A stretch of 53,265 nt of DNA, filler included, from Catajapyx aquilonaris (Eukaryota), in NCBI GenBank assembly GCA_000934665.2. It is 3 parts of 3 records of this genome, joined end to end, with 100 filler letters (N's around TTAATTAATTAA, not from the genome) between each part and the next. Parts side by side here need not be neighbours in the genome. Positions count along the whole stretch, not along the records: positions 35,619 to 53,265 come from JYFJ02006910.1; 2 more parts are not named here. One strand, 5' to 3'. Within the stretch, counting starts at the first letter, position 1. Every line of letters starts with the position of its first letter. The notes below the pieces were generated by a model, which saw nothing but the letters and a program-made list of their open reading frames with translations, made no database searches and was not told where the DNA came from. A program made the translations under genes and the position numbers. This document shows, piece by piece, positions 50,752-53,265 of this stretch.

Positions 50752-51859
50752 TTAGTTAACATATTTGTGTGCAGTGTTGCATTGCTTCTTGCGTCAGTTC
50801 GTAAGTTCTTCCATTGATGAAATATTAAGAAAAATGAGGATGAGCGAGTTAGATTACTTTTTGGTTCTAGCGTAGTCGGGACTACCATATACCTTGGATT
50901 ATTATGGGTTGGCCTAGAGCCCTAGACCCTAGGGTAGGCTATAGTGTTATCTTCCCACTGTAGGCTACTGGTAACCTATTTTATGCTATGTAGAAATGGT
51001 CTACTACTCTACCGGAAGCAACATCAGGCGCAAAATTTCTACCTCAAAAGCAGTTTCTCTCAACTTAGAAAAATTTTCACGCAAATAATGAACTAAGTCT
51101 AATTAGCGAGCCTCATTATAAGACGGGGCAGGTGCAAGGAAAAGGAAGAAACGTTGAAAATGAGTCTTTCTGCAATCCCACTCATATGCTGCCGTGATTC
51201 CTAATGCATTGTCATTACAGTAGTTCGTTTCTTCGTTACTATTTATAAGTAGGCGTGTAGGCCTCCCAAAGTATCTTAAATTTTCTTACACATGAATCAT
51301 GATAAACACCCTGTCACGATTGAGGGTGAGGTGATATTATTGGCCTAGCTGTATCAACTCAAATTGTGGAGAAAATATCTTATTACCGTCTGCATTATGA
51401 ATACCTATGATCTAATACATATTTCAAGACCTATGTCTGTCCTTTGTCCGCTATGCAAATCCGTACGGAGGCCCCGACATACTCCCCAGGGGTTTCACTA
51501 GGGGTAGTCTTTTTCCGGGAATGTCACAAGCACATTGGAATTTACCTCCGAGGTCATCCGTGGCCACAGGAGGCGAAAAGGACTTTGGAACACTCTTCTA
51601 ACAATGAGCAATTGGTTGTAAACATAATCTGTCTTGGGTTACAGAGGCAACCACTGAATGCCCAAGGCCATGAATCGCCCCCTCCCCACTCCTGTCCCAT
51701 GCACCCACCCTCGCACTCCCCCCTCCCACCATCCCCGTTCCGTAATAATCAACCATATTTCATTACATTACAAACACAACAAAAAAAAAGTTCCCACGGC
51801 AACGACGTTCCATCGCGGTCAACAATCAGTTCCATAATCTACAGCGGCGCATTAGCAAA

Positions 51860-51884
51860 AACAACAACAACAACGACAACAACA
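51860..51884. repeat. (ACA)n microsatellite
   Basis: About 8 units with one substitution. Confidence 0.8.
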
Positions 51885-52234
51885 AAACGGTAACAATGAA
51901 GCCCTTGGCGACGACCTAAACAAACTCGCTTATGCATGGGCAGCATATGGGGATTCGGCATGTCTACGCTTCTGCGGCCGTAGTACGGCGCAAAAATGGT
52001 GCAATGGACACAGAAATTACACCAAAAAATAGGACATGATCTGGCGCAGGGCACCTTTGTCGTCATTTTGCCATTTTCAGCCTAGAAGTGACCTTTTCAT
52101 CGAGTTCAAGTGAAAGGAAAATGGCGTTCCCCAAAAGCCCATTTGAATAACATGGCGGCAGGAAACGCGACAAAGTCGGGAACGCTTCTGCGCCCGTATG
52201 TCCACAATTTTAATGCAATCATATCGAGTATGGT

Positions 52235-52556
52235 GGGGAGGTGTAGATGGCCAAGATGGTAACGTCTAGGCTTGCTGAGTGAAAGGCCCCAGGTTCGATC
52301 CCCACCTGGGGAATTTTCACCTGCTTCAGGAGGGTTTCTGACCTGCACCAAGGAGGTGTCTGGCAACCTAACCTCCTGGGGAACAGCACATGACCCATAG
52401 TTACGACATTGCACCTTGCACCCATGTTCCCTCCCCAAAAATCCCTATCCTTTCCCATTGTCCCTGTTTCCTTGCACCGGTGAAGGAAGCAGAAAATATA
52501 TACAGAAAACTGATGGTGGTATGCCACCCCCCCTATAGCACCCGTACTTTTACCCG
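52235..52556 (+). mobile_element. tRNA-derived SINE
   Basis: A box TGGCCAAGATGG (52248-52259), B box GGTTCGATCCC (52292-52302); body shared with 52768-53140 and 3' motif shared with 45358-45721. Confidence 0.78.
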
Positions 52557-52613
52557 TGATTTTATTTAGGTTACCTCGTGATGACCCATCACGAGGTAAC
52601 CTAAATAAAATCA
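52557..52613. repeat. Perfect 27-bp-arm hairpin with 3-nt loop
   Basis: TGATTTTATTTAGGTTACCTCGTGATG-acc-CATCACGAGGTAACCTAAATAAAATCA. Confidence 0.92.
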
Positions 52614-52767
52614 AAAAATCAAAAAATACCGAAAGGCCAAACCTTTGCGCAGGGCACCTTCTTCGTGATTTTTCCGATTAACGGTGCGTTTCGCCACAAA
52701 AATTTTAAATTCCCTCAAAAATGCACCTACCGTATTTTTACTAATTTTTTTAAATATTTATTTTACC

Positions 52768-53140
52768 CGCCCGTGCCAGGCGTCAAGGGCCTATTTGGGG
52801 GGTGGCATTCCACCATCAGTTTTCAAGTAATTTTTTCTTCATACACCGGTGCAAGGAATACTGGGAAATAGGGTAAGGGTTGGGGATTTGGGGAGGGGAC
52901 ACATGTGCAGGTGCATTGTCCAGCGGTGGGCCAGGTGCAGTCCCCCAGGAGGTCAGGTTGCCAAGACGCCTCCTTAGCCGCGGGTCACGACCCAATGACG
53001 CAAGCGAAAGGTTTGCTCCCGGGTGGGGATTTGAACCCGGGACCAGCCCACGGACACTACCCCTATCTTCTGGGCTTATCACCTGCCGAGGGATTACGCC
53101 AAGGATTACGCACCGGGTGCTCCCTTGACACCGCCACAAG
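52768..53140 (-). mobile_element. tRNA-derived SINE, inverted relative of 52235-52556
   Basis: Minus-strand B box GGTTCAAATCCCC at about 53025-53037; shared blocks GGCAACCT.ACCTCCTGGGG, TTCCTTGCACCGGTG and GAAAACTGATGGTGG.ATGCCACCCCCC. Confidence 0.72.
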
Positions 53141-53265
53141 ACATTTCCCAGAGCATTTATGTGGCGACCCTACCGGACTAAGGCTGAACTTTATAGGTAC
53201 GAAAGGGGAGGGCTGCGTATTCCTTAACCCTACCTCGGCTCAACTGGCGCGTCCGAATGCGCATC

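Noticed and set aside
1..53265. CRISPR arrays, rRNA, prokaryotic operons, known miRNA hairpins, autonomous transposase/RT ORFs
   Set aside because: None recognised; the sequence is spliced eukaryotic DNA with only non-autonomous elements

Overview
Eukaryotic (animal, probably non-insect arthropod; lineage inferred, not proven) genomic DNA. It consists of three contigs joined by artificial 100-nt spacers (44N-TTAATTAATTAA-44N at 17833-17932 and 35519-35618). Segment 1 (1-17832) is CpG-rich, apparently transposon-poor intronic DNA. It carries one 126-nt exon encoding the C-terminal zinc finger of a GATA1/2/3 (grain-type) factor. Segment 2 (17933-35518) carries 11 phase-compatible exons (about 727 codons) of a betaglycan/TGFBR3-like co-receptor. 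These encode a two-repeat orphan domain, ZP-N with an acidic Ser-Gly GAG-type site, and ZP-C with its EHP, and the gene includes one GC-AG intron. The signal-peptide exon was not found and the gene is cut by the second spacer. Segment 3 (35619-53265) carries four minus-strand exons of a WD40-repeat protein. Its introns hold tRNA-derived SINEs, MITEs of several DNA-transposon superfamilies (some nested), tandem non-autonomous Helitrons and a possible small nested gene.
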